Below, piece by piece: positions 39,915 through 49,030 of a stretch of DNA of 64,000 bases; positions within the stretch are counted from its first letter, which is position 1; the number at the start of each line of letters is the position of its first letter. Source of the DNA: Gammaproteobacteria bacterium (GTDB lineage: Bacteria > Pseudomonadota > Gammaproteobacteria > Burkholderiales > Gallionellaceae); contig JAHJBC010000010.1 in NCBI GenBank assembly GCA_018813765.1, forward strand, positions 67,096-131,095. The letters are read 5' to 3'. The translations under genes were made by a program, and so were the position numbers. The notes under the pieces were generated by a model. It had not been told where the DNA came from. It saw only the letters and a list, made by a program, of their open reading frames with translations, and did not search any database.

Positions 39915-40393
39915 GCAACATCTCTAACCTGCATCTACCCCCCTGTAGAAAAGGGGGGCAGGGGGGATTTGAAGCTACAAACAAATCCCCCTCACTCCCC
40001 CTTTTGCAAAGGGGGAAGCACGAGCAACGGCAAACCGGCTTCACCCTCCTCGAAGTCCTCGTCGCCCTCTTCATCCTCGCCATCGCCATGGCCGCCGTAT
40101 CGCGCACCTCCAGCTCCAGCATCCACCATGTCGAAGCGATGCGCACGCGCGTCGTCGCCGACTGGGTCGCGCAGAACCGGCTGGCGCAACATCAGGCGCG
40201 CGGCGACTGGCCCGCGCCCGGCATCCAGAGCGGCGAAGAAGCGCAGGCCGGTCAGGCCTACCCGTGGCAGGAAGAGATCATCGCCACCCCCAACCCCACC
40301 ATGCGCCGCATCATCGTCAGCGTGTACGCGCCGGACGATGCCAAACATGTGCTGCGTGAGTTGACGGGGTATCTGGTGCAGTACCCGCGATGA
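39911..40393 (+). CDS. gspI: type II secretion minor pseudopilin GspI
   Basis: ATG at 39911 overlaps the gspH stop (ATGA). Prepilin motif QTG then FTLLEVLVAL. An alternative in-frame TTG at 40004 would give a 12-aa leader. Confidence 0.85.
   Translation: MSNISNLHLPPCRKGGQGGFEATNKSPSLPLLQRGKHEQRQTGFTLLEVLVALFILAIAMAAVSRTSSSSIHHVEAMRTRVVADWVAQNRLAQHQARGDWPAPGIQSGEEAQAGQAYPWQEEIIATPNPTMRRIIVSVYAPDDAKHVLRELTGYLVQYPR
39938..40015. repeat. structured repeat, family 2 copy 2
   Basis: Shares the two hairpins and the gggggattt/aaatccccc pairing with 39351-39445. Lies inside the 5' end of gspI. Confidence 0.8.
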
Positions 40394-40995
40394 TGCAAAG
40401 AACCGCAAAAGGCTTCACCCTCATCGAACTGCTGGTCGCGCTGTTCGTGTTCGCCATTCTTGCCGTCACCGCCTATCGCGGTCTGAACGCGGTGACGCAG
40501 ACGCGTACTCATATCGATCAGGAGACGCGCAAGTGGCAGGTGCTGGAGCGCTTCTTTGCGCGGCTGGACGGCGAGACGGCGCAGGCATTGCAGCGTCCGG
40601 TGCGCACGGCGAACGGGGCGGAGGCGCCCGCCTGGGTGGGCACGACTTCCGCCACGGAAAGTCTGGAGGATGTGCAACTTGCCTTCACGCGCAACGGCGG
40701 TTTCGATGCCGAGGGAGGGCCGCTGCCGCCGCAGCGCATCGGCTACCGGCTGCGACAGGGCAAGCTGGAATTGTTGCGCTGGACTGCGCTGGATAGCGCC
40801 CCGTACAATGCGCCGTCGGTGGATGCGGTGCTGGAGGACGTGAGCGAATTCAATGTGCGCCACCTGACCAGCCGCATGACCTGGGAAAAACAATGGCCGC
40901 CTTTGGTTGCGGATGCCGCACTGCCCAAGGGGGTGGAGGTGGAGCTGGTGTTGAAGAGCGGCGAGAAACTGACGCGGTTCTTTTCGTTGCAATGA
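40390..40995 (+). CDS. gspJ: type II secretion minor pseudopilin GspJ
   Basis: 201 aa. Leader MMQRTAKG, then the cleavage site before FTLIELLVA. ATGA overlap with gspI. Confidence 0.9.
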   Translation: MMQRTAKGFTLIELLVALFVFAILAVTAYRGLNAVTQTRTHIDQETRKWQVLERFFARLDGETAQALQRPVRTANGAEAPAWVGTTSATESLEDVQLAFTRNGGFDAEGGPLPPQRIGYRLRQGKLELLRWTALDSAPYNAPSVDAVLEDVSEFNVRHLTSRMTWEKQWPPLVADAALPKGVEVELVLKSGEKLTRFFSLQ

Positions 40996-41022
40996 ACAAC
41001 GATACTCCCGACACATATCGTT

Positions 41023-41137
41023 CCCTTCTCCCGCAAGCGGGAGAAGGGTTAGGGATGAGGGCCGGTGGGGAACAACCCTATGCCGTGTGTATTCAGCGCC
41101 CCTCACCCCAACCCCTCTCCCGCTTGCGGGCGAGGGG
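41023..41137. repeat. inverted-repeat element, family 3 (two hairpins cccttctcccgc-aa-gcgggagaaggg and cccctctcccgc-tt-gcgggcgagggg with complementary tails)
   Basis: 115 bp lying between the gspJ stop/ATG 40992 and ATG 41142. It has no stop codon in the gspK frame. Confidence 0.8.
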
Positions 41138-41141
41138 CTTA

Positions 41142-42065
41142 ATGCAAGTTCGCGCAGTACCACAACGCGGCGTAGCCCTGGTGATGGTGCTGCTGATCGT
41201 GGCGATGGCGACGACCATCGCAGCGTTCATGGCGCAGCAGCAGGGTTTCTGGCAGCGCACGGTGGAGAACGGGCGTGATCGCGCGCAGGCGCGGCGCATC
41301 GCCGAAGCGGGCATAGACTGGGCGCGCGCGGTGCTGGCGGACGATGCTTCGATCACCAAGGAAGTGGATCACGGCAAGGAGATGTGGGCGATGCGGCTGC
41401 CGGCCATTCCGGTGGAAGGCGGCGAAGTGCAGGGCACCATCTACGATCAGCAGGGTTTGTTCAACCTGAACAACCTGGTGCGCAACGGCGCCGTGAGCAT
41501 GCCCGATCTGGCGCGCTTGCAGCGACTGCTCACCGCACTGGGATTGCCGCAGGAACTGGGCGGCGCGCTGGCGGACTGGATGGATACGGACAGCGAGGTG
41601 ACAGCGAACGGCGCGGAGGACGAGTACTACATGAATCTCGCCCAGCCCTATCGCTGCGCCAACCGCCAGCTTGCGGATATCGGCGAACTGGCCTCGGTGA
41701 AAGGATACGACGCCAATATCATCAGGCGGCTGCAACCCTTCGTGAGCGTGCTGCCGGAATCGAACACGAAAGTGAATGTGAATTTTGCCCCGGCCGAGGT
41801 ATTGATGGCGATGCTGCCGGGTTTGACCTTGCAGGACGCGCGCGAAATCGTGACGCGGATCGCAACCACTCCGTTCAATAATACGGCGGACTTTTTGCAG
41901 CAACTGCCGGGCAATGTCCCGCGGGAAGGAAGCATGCTCAGTGTAAGCAGCCAGTTTTTCATGGTGACCGGATACGCAACCCAGGGCGACGGCGCATCGG
42001 CGGTGCATGCGCTGCTGAAGCGTAACGGCATCTGGTCGTCGCAAGTCAGGAAGAGTCTGCAATGA
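41142..42065 (+). CDS. gspK: type II secretion minor pseudopilin GspK
   Basis: ATG at 41142 gives the leader MQVRAVPQRG, followed by VALVMVLL. An in-frame ATG at 40992 (ATGA overlap with gspJ) would add 50 aa that read through the repeat. Confidence 0.88.
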   Translation: MQVRAVPQRGVALVMVLLIVAMATTIAAFMAQQQGFWQRTVENGRDRAQARRIAEAGIDWARAVLADDASITKEVDHGKEMWAMRLPAIPVEGGEVQGTIYDQQGLFNLNNLVRNGAVSMPDLARLQRLLTALGLPQELGGALADWMDTDSEVTANGAEDEYYMNLAQPYRCANRQLADIGELASVKGYDANIIRRLQPFVSVLPESNTKVNVNFAPAEVLMAMLPGLTLQDAREIVTRIATTPFNNTADFLQQLPGNVPREGSMLSVSSQFFMVTGYATQGDGASAVHALLKRNGIWSSQVRKSLQ

Positions 42066-43270
42066 ACCTCCGCATCCATCTCACCGCCCATTGGCAGGAC
42101 GCCGCCTCGCCCTGTGCCTGGGCGCTGCTCGACGACGCGGGCAATGTGCGCGAATCCGGCACCGGCAACCTGGCCGCGATGCCGCAATGCGACGAAGCGA
42201 CGGTGATCGTCGCGGCCGACCGCGTGCTGGCGACCAGTGCCGTGCTGCCTAAGATCAAGCGCAGCAAGCTGGAGACCGCGCTGCCTTTCGCGCTGGAAGA
42301 CAGCATGATCGACGATGTGGGCGAGGCGCATGTCACCACCGGCGCAAAGCTGCCTGACGGACGCACCGCGCTCTACACCGTGAACAAGAGCTGGCTGACG
42401 CGCTTTGTCGCTGCCGCCATCACCGCCAAAGTGCGCATGCGCCGCATCGTGCCGGAATATTGCTTGCTGCCGACGCGCAGCAACGAGTGGAGCGTGGCCT
42501 GGGATGGCGCGCAGGGTTTTCTGGCGACGGCGCACAGCATGGGCGGCGCGCTGGACAGCGGCGACGATGCGCGCGCGCCGGTCGCACTGCAACTGCGGTT
42601 GCAATCGAATGCCCCCGCCGCCCTGCGCCTGTTCGCCCTCGGCAGCGAAGTACAGGCGCCGAACTGGGGCATCAAAACGCCTGTCATCTTCGAAAAGCAG
42701 AGCTTCGACTGGCGCAAAGCGGAGATCCCCACAGAGGCGCCCAACCTGCTGTGGGGCAAGTTCGCGCCGCCGCCGCGCATCAGCGAATATCTGCCGTGGC
42801 TGCGCCCGGCCCTGATGGCGGCGCTGCTGCTGTTCAGCGTGGAAGTGGTGATCAGCAATCTGGAATGGCTGGTACTCGCGCAGGAGAAACGCCAACTGCT
42901 CAACGACATGACCGACACCTTCAAGGAGACCTTCGGCGCAGATGCCACCATCGTCGATGCGCCGCTGCAGATGCGGCGCAATATCGCACGCCTGCGTCAC
43001 GGCGCGGGCGTCAGCGACGATGCCGACTTCTCACCGCTGCTGGAGAAATTCTCCGGCGCGCTGGGCAACGTGCCGGGAAGCAATCTGCGCACCCTGCGCT
43101 ATGACGACGGCAAACTCGACATTGAGATGACGCTCGCCGATTCCGCCGCGCTCGACACCTTGCAGGATCGCATCGCCGAAACGGGGCTGCTGGCACAGGT
43201 GACGGACACGCAGGATGCGGGCGGCATGCTGTCGGTGCAGTTGCGCGTTTCGGCCGGAGGTGCGCGATGA
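42062..43270 (+). CDS. gspL: type II secretion system protein GspL
   Basis: 402 aa with a cytoplasmic actin-like domain, one TM helix and a periplasmic domain. ATGA overlap with gspK. Confidence 0.88.
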   Translation: MNLRIHLTAHWQDAASPCAWALLDDAGNVRESGTGNLAAMPQCDEATVIVAADRVLATSAVLPKIKRSKLETALPFALEDSMIDDVGEAHVTTGAKLPDGRTALYTVNKSWLTRFVAAAITAKVRMRRIVPEYCLLPTRSNEWSVAWDGAQGFLATAHSMGGALDSGDDARAPVALQLRLQSNAPAALRLFALGSEVQAPNWGIKTPVIFEKQSFDWRKAEIPTEAPNLLWGKFAPPPRISEYLPWLRPALMAALLLFSVEVVISNLEWLVLAQEKRQLLNDMTDTFKETFGADATIVDAPLQMRRNIARLRHGAGVSDDADFSPLLEKFSGALGNVPGSNLRTLRYDDGKLDIEMTLADSAALDTLQDRIAETGLLAQVTDTQDAGGMLSVQLRVSAGGAR

Positions 43271-43770
43271 AACAAACGATCGCCAGATTTAAGACCAAGC
43301 ACTGGGACACGCTGAGTGCCACCGAGCAACAGACCATCCGGCGCGGCGCCTGGGTGCTGCTGCCCTTGCTAGCCTGGGGCCTGCTGTGGCAGCCCGTGCA
43401 TGAGGCCTTGCCCAAACTTCAAGCCAGCCTGCCGCACCTGCGCGCCCAGGCAGCGCAGATGCAATCGCTCGCCGGACAAGCGCAATCGCTGCGCCAGCAG
43501 GCGCAACTCGCCGTGCTGGACAGCTATGCGCTCAAGACTGCCGTGGAAAAATCCGCGCAGGCCGCCAACCTGCCGCTGCTGGTGGTGCCGGGGGAACAAA
43601 ACAGCGTGCGCATCAGCGCCGAGAATCTGCCCTTCGCGCAATGGCTGCAATGGCAACAGATGCTGGAGCAGACCCAGCACATCCGCGTGGCGTCTGCGAT
43701 GCTGGCGGCATCATCTGAACCGGGCATGGTCAAGGTGCAAGCCACACTGACCAACGGGGCCGACCTGTGA
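43267..43770 (+). CDS. gspM: type II secretion system protein GspM
   Basis: 167 aa with an N-terminal TM helix. ATGA overlap with gspL. Confidence 0.85.
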   Translation: MKQTIARFKTKHWDTLSATEQQTIRRGAWVLLPLLAWGLLWQPVHEALPKLQASLPHLRAQAAQMQSLAGQAQSLRQQAQLAVLDSYALKTAVEKSAQAANLPLLVVPGEQNSVRISAENLPFAQWLQWQQMLEQTQHIRVASAMLAASSEPGMVKVQATLTNGADL

Positions 43771-44522
43771 CAGCACGCCGTCTGTTGCTGGCGGCGCTGT
43801 TCTGCTCCGTCTTTCTCATCGGCCTGATCGCCTTCGCCCCGGCATCATTGATGGGTTTCGCGCTGGCACGCGCTTCCGGCGGCACCCTGTCGCTGGCACA
43901 GACCACGGGCAGCCTGTGGCAGGGCAGCGGCGTGGCGTTGCTGAAGAACAAGTCGCATCAACAGACGCTGGGCAGTTACCGCTGGAAGCTGCATCCGTTC
44001 GACGCTTCATTGCAATTGTGGACGAGCGATTCGACGCCGACGACGGTGCGTTACCTCCCGCTTTCCAATCGCGTCGACATCGACAAGCTGCACATCATCC
44101 TGCCCGCCTCCGCGATCGAACTCGCTGCGCCGCAACTGGGGCCTTACCAGTTGCAGGGCATGTTCGATGCGCACAGCGAGCAACTGTCGCTCGACACCAA
44201 GGGCTTGAACGGACAGATCAGCGTGGACTGGATGAATGCCGCCTCTGCACTTTCCGCGATACGCCCGCTCGGCGATTACCGCATCGTGTTGCAGGGCAAG
44301 GGCGGCGGCGTGGATGCGCAACTCTCCACCCTCTCCGGCAAACTGTTGTTGAACGGAACGGGCAGCTTCGACCCCCGGAACGGAATGCAACTCAACGGCA
44401 CCGCGCAGGCCGCACCCGGCAGCGCCGCGACCGAACTCAACGAGCTGCTGCACCACATCGGCCCCGAGGTCAGACCCGGCGTCTTCAAACTGGCCCTGAT
44501 GCCGCAACCGGGGATGCGCTGA
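43767..44522 (+). CDS. gspN: type II secretion system protein GspN
   Basis: 251 aa. GTG start overlaps the gspM stop. N-terminal TM helix. Last gene of the cluster. Confidence 0.8.
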   Translation: MTARRLLLAALFCSVFLIGLIAFAPASLMGFALARASGGTLSLAQTTGSLWQGSGVALLKNKSHQQTLGSYRWKLHPFDASLQLWTSDSTPTTVRYLPLSNRVDIDKLHIILPASAIELAAPQLGPYQLQGMFDAHSEQLSLDTKGLNGQISVDWMNAASALSAIRPLGDYRIVLQGKGGGVDAQLSTLSGKLLLNGTGSFDPRNGMQLNGTAQAAPGSAATELNELLHHIGPEVRPGVFKLALMPQPGMR

Positions 44523-44705
44523 GGTCGGGCTAGCAGGAGGGATGTGGTGCCAATCTGGCACCTCAAGTTGGGGGGCGCCGAACTCACCAGCAGTTGCAGT
44601 GACGGAATCCAAGACAGCAATCAAAAATGAAATGAAGCAGCAAATGGATACACCAACAAAATTTTCGAGGTAACTGCCCATTACAAAAAGGCAAGGGCTG
44701 TTGTG

Positions 44706-44894
44706 ATGGATAGATTTAGCACTCAACCTGAAGCACTAGCCTTTGCCAGGGATGCTTCCGACGCCATCGAACCAGAAGCTGCTGATTCGCTAGTCTCTGT
44801 CACCGTAACCAATCAAGCCACCAAGAGAATCTTGAGTACCTTCTATCCAGATTTCTATGAAGCCGAATGCCTGGATGACGATGATGACGGCTAA
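44706..44894 (+). CDS. hypothetical small acidic protein
   Basis: 62 aa ending in CLDDDDDG. Lies in a lower-GC stretch. No recognisable domain. Confidence 0.3.
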   Translation: MDRFSTQPEALAFARDASDAIEPEAADSLVSVTVTNQATKRILSTFYPDFYEAECLDDDDDG

Positions 44895-44947
44895 TCGGCC
44901 GGAGCGGCGGTCAAAACCACCTCCCAAAGTTACTGGCTAACACCCAT

Positions 44948-45781
44948 TCATGCGGAGCGAATGGCCCCTGCGGCAAGCGATGCAATGAGTTTCCTTGATT
45001 TGGCCTGGAAGTTCAGCGGGTGGGATTGCGTGAGCGCGTTGACATGCTGCTTGATCCTGGCGGGGGTCAGGGAAAGTTCGCTGTTCTTGAATGCCAGGAC
45101 AATCTTGTTGGGCGTGTCGTCCGCATTGACCACAACGATGCGCCCCGCGAAACTGGTTTCTATGCGTGACGCCAAAGCGCCGTGACGGCCGTCGTTGCTC
45201 CACAAATTGGCCACCATGATGCCGTTGTCCGCCAGCGATGCAAAACAGTCGTCGTAAAACTGCTGGCTGCATAATGTATCTGGCAATCCGGCGGTGTCGA
45301 AGCCGTCCACCATCAGCACATCGAATAGTTCGCCGTGTTCTTTCACGAACACCGCCCCGTCCCCAAGCAACACTTTGAAGCGCGCATCGTCGGCGGGGAT
45401 CGCAAATTCACTGCGCAAAGCGATGACATCGGGATTGATCTCGACAACGGCAATTTCTGCATGTGGCAAATAGCGGTAGCAATACTTGGCCAGCGAGCCG
45501 CCGCCCAGGCCGATCATCGCGATGCGCTTGGGCGATGGCTCGAACAACAGGAAACTCATCATAGCCCTGGTATAGCTGAAGACCAACTGATCCGGGTCTT
45601 CGATGTTCATCTCGCTTTGCAGGCACAGCGCATCGAATTGCAGGGAGAGCATGCCGTCGTTCTCCAGCAAATAGGGCTTCCCGGGTTCGCCTTGCGGGTT
45701 GCTCGACAAAGCAAGCAATTGCCCCAGTTTCTGGCGCAACGTGCCGGTCAGACCTTTCGCCTGCTTATTTTTTCGCGACAT
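44948..45781 (-). CDS. spermidine-synthase-like class I SAM-dependent transferase
   Basis: 277 aa. Motifs IGLGGGSL, VEINPDV and LMVDGFD. Confidence 0.8.
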   Translation of the reverse strand: MSRKNKQAKGLTGTLRQKLGQLLALSSNPQGEPGKPYLLENDGMLSLQFDALCLQSEMNIEDPDQLVFSYTRAMMSFLLFEPSPKRIAMIGLGGGSLAKYCYRYLPHAEIAVVEINPDVIALRSEFAIPADDARFKVLLGDGAVFVKEHGELFDVLMVDGFDTAGLPDTLCSQQFYDDCFASLADNGIMVANLWSNDGRHGALASRIETSFAGRIVVVNADDTPNKIVLAFKNSELSLTPARIKQHVNALTQSHPLNFQAKSRKLIASLAAGAIRSA

Positions 45782-45908
45782 GGCCGGCTGATATTGCTGT
45801 GAGGATTACCCGACTATTGGCAACGCAATTCATTTTTCTTGGTTATTGGTTATTGTCCTGCGCAAACTTTCCGTCCACGTATGGCGCATGAATTCCGAAA
45901 TGAAATGC

Positions 45909-46304
45909 TCAGACGGCCACAAAACTCGTCAGCCTGGATGCTTTTGCGTCGAATGAAGCTGTTGCGCGACATCCCAGCCGTCTGTTTTTCGCGCCGATCA
46001 GGCAGTCGGCGAAATCAGCCGCAGAGTCCTTCCAGAAGAACAGTGCTTCTTCAACAGATGGTTCGTCTTCAAGTTGAAGATCGTCCGCTTCCAGCAAGCC
46101 GGAAATGGCGTCGATGATTTGATTCTTTGGCAGGTCATATCGGCTGCGCAGCACCCATTCGGTTTCCATCAGAACCAACTGGTTCACGAAAATGCGACGG
46201 CCTGCTGCAACCTCACGCTTGATCAGCTTGCGTGCTTTCTCAAACTGGGCCTCGTCGTCCCGAACCAGAAAACGAACGAGAACGTTGGTGTCGATTCCGA
46301 GCAT
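45909..46304 (-). CDS. vapC: PIN-domain ribonuclease toxin VapC
   Basis: 131 aa. N-terminus MLGIDTNVLVRF. Conserved acidic residues (METEWV, DFADCL). Confidence 0.88.
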   Translation of the reverse strand: MLGIDTNVLVRFLVRDDEAQFEKARKLIKREVAAGRRIFVNQLVLMETEWVLRSRYDLPKNQIIDAISGLLEADDLQLEDEPSVEEALFFWKDSAADFADCLIGAKNRRLGCRATASFDAKASRLTSFVAV

Positions 46305-46522
46305 CAGCGCGACAGCAGTTCGACCGGAACTGGCTTGCGCCCTTTTTTATGCAATGCTCCCGCCAGGTCGCCAAGGCTTTTGCTTTTTACACGCATGACG
46401 ACGGTGGCATCGGGCATCAATGTGAAAGTCATCCGGTCTCCGGCCTTCATGCGAAGACTATCCCGAATTTCCTTGGGAATGGTCGTCTGACCTTTGCTGG
46501 TAAGTGTGGCATCAGTTGTCAT
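46304..46522 (-). CDS. vapB: AbrB/SpoVT-type antitoxin VapB
   Basis: 72 aa. Motif SKGQTTIPKEIRDSLRMKAGDRM. Its stop overlaps the vapC start by 1 nt. Confidence 0.85.
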   Translation of the reverse strand: MTTDATLTSKGQTTIPKEIRDSLRMKAGDRMTFTLMPDATVVMRVKSKSLGDLAGALHKKGRKPVPVELLSR

Positions 46523-46632
46523 TTTGCACTCCTTGAATCCTTACGTAATGCATTGTAGTAAGGATGGCGGCAAATGGCAATTGAGGAGAAATGTTGTCTG
46601 GACACATGCAAAGCGCGAGTGAAGCGATGAAT

Positions 46633-47145
46633 CTACTTCTTCGCACTAATGGCGGTGAGTATCCCTTGCAGGATGGCGACCGGCGTGGGTGGACAGCCGC
46701 CCACCACCACATCCACCGGGATGACGTTGGAAACCTTGCCGCAGGTGGCATAACTTTCACCGAAGATGCCGCCGTCGCGGGCGCAGTCGCCGACGGCGAC
46801 GACGAGTTTGGGTTCGGGCGTGGCGTCGTAAGTGCGCTTGAGCGCGACTTCCATGTGGCGCGAGACGGGGCCGGTGACCAGCAGCAGGTCGGCATGGCGC
46901 GGACCGGCGACGAATTTGATGCCGAGTCCTTCGATGTTGTAATAGGCGTTGTTGACGGCATGTATCTCCAGCTCGCAGCCGTTGCAGGAACCGGCATCGA
47001 CCTGGCGGATGGCGAGCGCACCGCCGAATACGTCGAGTATCTCCTGTTGCAGGCGCTGTTCGATGAGACGCATGGACTCGTCCGCCTGCGGCGGTGTTTC
47101 GGTCTTGATGCCTGTTTTGATGATCTGTTTGAGTATCTGGTACAT
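46633..47145 (-). CDS. NuoB/HycG-like small subunit of an Ehr-type (hydrogenase-related) complex
   Basis: 170 aa. The four Cys of the proximal 4Fe-4S site are present (GSCNGCE, VGDCA, GGCPPTP). Confidence 0.88.
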   Translation of the reverse strand: MYQILKQIIKTGIKTETPPQADESMRLIEQRLQQEILDVFGGALAIRQVDAGSCNGCELEIHAVNNAYYNIEGLGIKFVAGPRHADLLLVTGPVSRHMEVALKRTYDATPEPKLVVAVGDCARDGGIFGESYATCGKVSNVIPVDVVVGGCPPTPVAILQGILTAISAKK

Positions 47146-47169
47146 ATGCGCCTCTGCGATTCCTTATTC

Positions 47170-47285
47170 CGTCATTCCGGCGTAGGCCGGAATCCAGCGG
47201 TTTTATTCAACATGCCTTTGGCATCTGTCCTTGCTGCGCAAGGGATATACATATTGACTGGATTCCGGCCTTCGCCGGAATGACG
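47170..47285. repeat. MITE-like element, family 1 copy C (near-perfect 28-nt terminal inverted repeats)
   Basis: Ends are cgtcattccggcgtaggccggaatccag and ctggattccggccttcgccggaatgacg. Lies between the large- and small-subunit genes. Confidence 0.8.
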
Positions 47286-47323
47286 GGGAAATTTGGATGC
47301 CGCGAAGTTATCCATGTACGCCT

Positions 47324-48874
47324 CTACAAATCCTGCCCGCTGTAACTCAGGTTGAACGACTTATTGATCAGCGGGAAATCCGGCACGATGTTGTCGATGA
47401 CGGCGTGTTCCAGCACCGGCCAGTTCTGCCAGGAGGGATCGTGCGGATGCACGCGCGCTAGGTTGCCGTCGGCATCGGTGTGGATGGCCACCATCACCTC
47501 ACCGCGCCAGCCTTCGACCAGTCCGATGCCGAAGCCGTTGGCGGGCAACTTTTCCAGCGGGGTCGGCGCTTCGTTGTCGTGGATGAGGTTGACCATGATC
47601 TCGCGCTGCAGGCGCAGCGATTCGAACAGTTCGTCGAAACGCACGATGACGCGCGCGGCGACGTCGCCGTTGCGGTAGGTCGCCATCTTCACGTCGAGTT
47701 TGTCATAGGGTGCGCAGGCGAACTGCACGCGCGCATCCCAGGCTTGCGCACTGGCACGTCCGGCCAATCCGCACAGGCCGAGTTGCGCGGCCAGTTTTGG
47801 CTCGACGCGGCCGGTGGCGATGAAGCGGTCCTGCACCCCGGCATGTTCGTCGTAGATGCCGCGCAGGATGCGCACCTGCTTTTCCAGCATGGCACACTCT
47901 TCTTCGATGATGCGCTTGCCTGCGGCATCCAGGCTCACGGCAACGCCGCCCGGCACGATGCTGTCCATCAGGTAGCGATGGCCGAACAGCGCGGCGTTGT
48001 TGCGCAGCACCTGTTCCTTGAGTATCCAGAACTGGGCGAAGCCGAACGACAGCGCGACGTCGTTGCCCAGATAGCCGAGGTCGCCGAGATGGTTGGCGAC
48101 GCGCTCGCGTTCAAGCAGCAGCGCGCGCATCCACAATGCCCGGCTCGGCGGCGTCACTTTGGCGATGCATTCCGCCGCCATCGCATAGGCCCAGGCATAG
48201 GCCACGGTGCTGTCGCCGCTCACGCGCCCGGCCAGTTTCGCGCCCTGTTGCAGGCTCAGGCTCTCGAAGCGCTTCTCTATGCCCTTGTGGGTATAGCCAA
48301 GGTGCTGTTCGAGGCGCAGCACGCGTTCGCCGATGATGGAAAAGCGGAAGTGCCCCGGCTCGATGATGCCCGCATGCACCGGGCCGACCGGGATCTCGTG
48401 CACGCCCTGTCCTTCCACCTGCACGAAGGGATAACTCTCCGGTTCATGGGTGAGACTGGCTGCCGCATCGAAATCCTTGCGCAGCGGAAAACTGCCGCCG
48501 TGCCAGGCGCCATGGCGCAACCATTTGCGATGATCCTGCCCTTCGAGCGCATAGAGGCCGAGCATGTCGTAGGCCGCGCGCTGCATGCGGCTGGCCGCCG
48601 GGAAGAAACGGCTGATGTCGGGATACTCCGGGTGGTCGGCCGGTAGCGGCACGTTGAGGCAGACCAGCCCGCTTTCATTCATCAGTGACAGATGCAACAT
48701 GAACCAGCCGCGCTGCTCCCGTGCATCGCTGCCCCATAGCGCCACCAGCCGCCCGCCGCCGTCGCGCACCTGTCGGCAGATCTCCGGCAACGCATGCGGC
48801 GCGATCTCGCCCGTCCATGCCGGCACGGCATCGGTGAGTCGCTTCAGGTTCAGGTTGGGATGCTTGATCGGCAT
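47324..48874 (-). CDS. fused NuoC-NuoD/HycE-like large subunit lacking [NiFe] ligands (Ehr-type)
   Basis: 516 aa. Motifs GPVHAGIIEPGHFRF and HLGYTHKGIEK. Has RVSGDS where hydrogenases carry RxCGxC, and a C-terminal NLSYSGQDL where they carry DPCxxCxxR/H. No CxxC anywhere in the protein. Confidence 0.88.
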   Translation of the reverse strand: MPIKHPNLNLKRLTDAVPAWTGEIAPHALPEICRQVRDGGGRLVALWGSDAREQRGWFMLHLSLMNESGLVCLNVPLPADHPEYPDISRFFPAASRMQRAAYDMLGLYALEGQDHRKWLRHGAWHGGSFPLRKDFDAAASLTHEPESYPFVQVEGQGVHEIPVGPVHAGIIEPGHFRFSIIGERVLRLEQHLGYTHKGIEKRFESLSLQQGAKLAGRVSGDSTVAYAWAYAMAAECIAKVTPPSRALWMRALLLERERVANHLGDLGYLGNDVALSFGFAQFWILKEQVLRNNAALFGHRYLMDSIVPGGVAVSLDAAGKRIIEEECAMLEKQVRILRGIYDEHAGVQDRFIATGRVEPKLAAQLGLCGLAGRASAQAWDARVQFACAPYDKLDVKMATYRNGDVAARVIVRFDELFESLRLQREIMVNLIHDNEAPTPLEKLPANGFGIGLVEGWRGEVMVAIHTDADGNLARVHPHDPSWQNWPVLEHAVIDNIVPDFPLINKSFNLSYSGQDL

Positions 48875-48901
48875 TTTCTATATTAAAAACAAAACAATTT
48901 A

Positions 48902-49030
48902 GCCACAGAGTACACAGAGATCACAGAGAAAGGCAAAACCATTGCCTATTCCGTTTTCGCCCTCGGGGGAGGCGACACCAAAACCAAATTTCTCCGCCGT
49001 CATCTCTGTGTCCTCTGTGTTCTCTGTGGC
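48902..49030. repeat. inverted-repeat MITE-like element, family 4 (cacagag-repeat arms)
   Basis: Left arm gccacagagtacacagagatcacagaga. The reverse complement of the right arm is gccacagagaacacagaggacacagaga (25/28 match). About 73-bp core. Confidence 0.8.

Noticed and set aside
30286-44522. Missing prepilin peptidase (gspO) or gspAB as evidence of a defective T2SS
   Set aside because: The peptidase is commonly shared with type IV pili and encoded elsewhere. Absence from a 64-kb window is not informative.
44007-44726. 239-aa minus-strand ORF starting with a hydrophobic peptide (MGSYLENFVGVSICCFISFLIAVL), considered as a small membrane toxin
   Set aside because: There is no stop codon before it runs antisense through all of gspN. 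The remainder is shadow-ORF composition.
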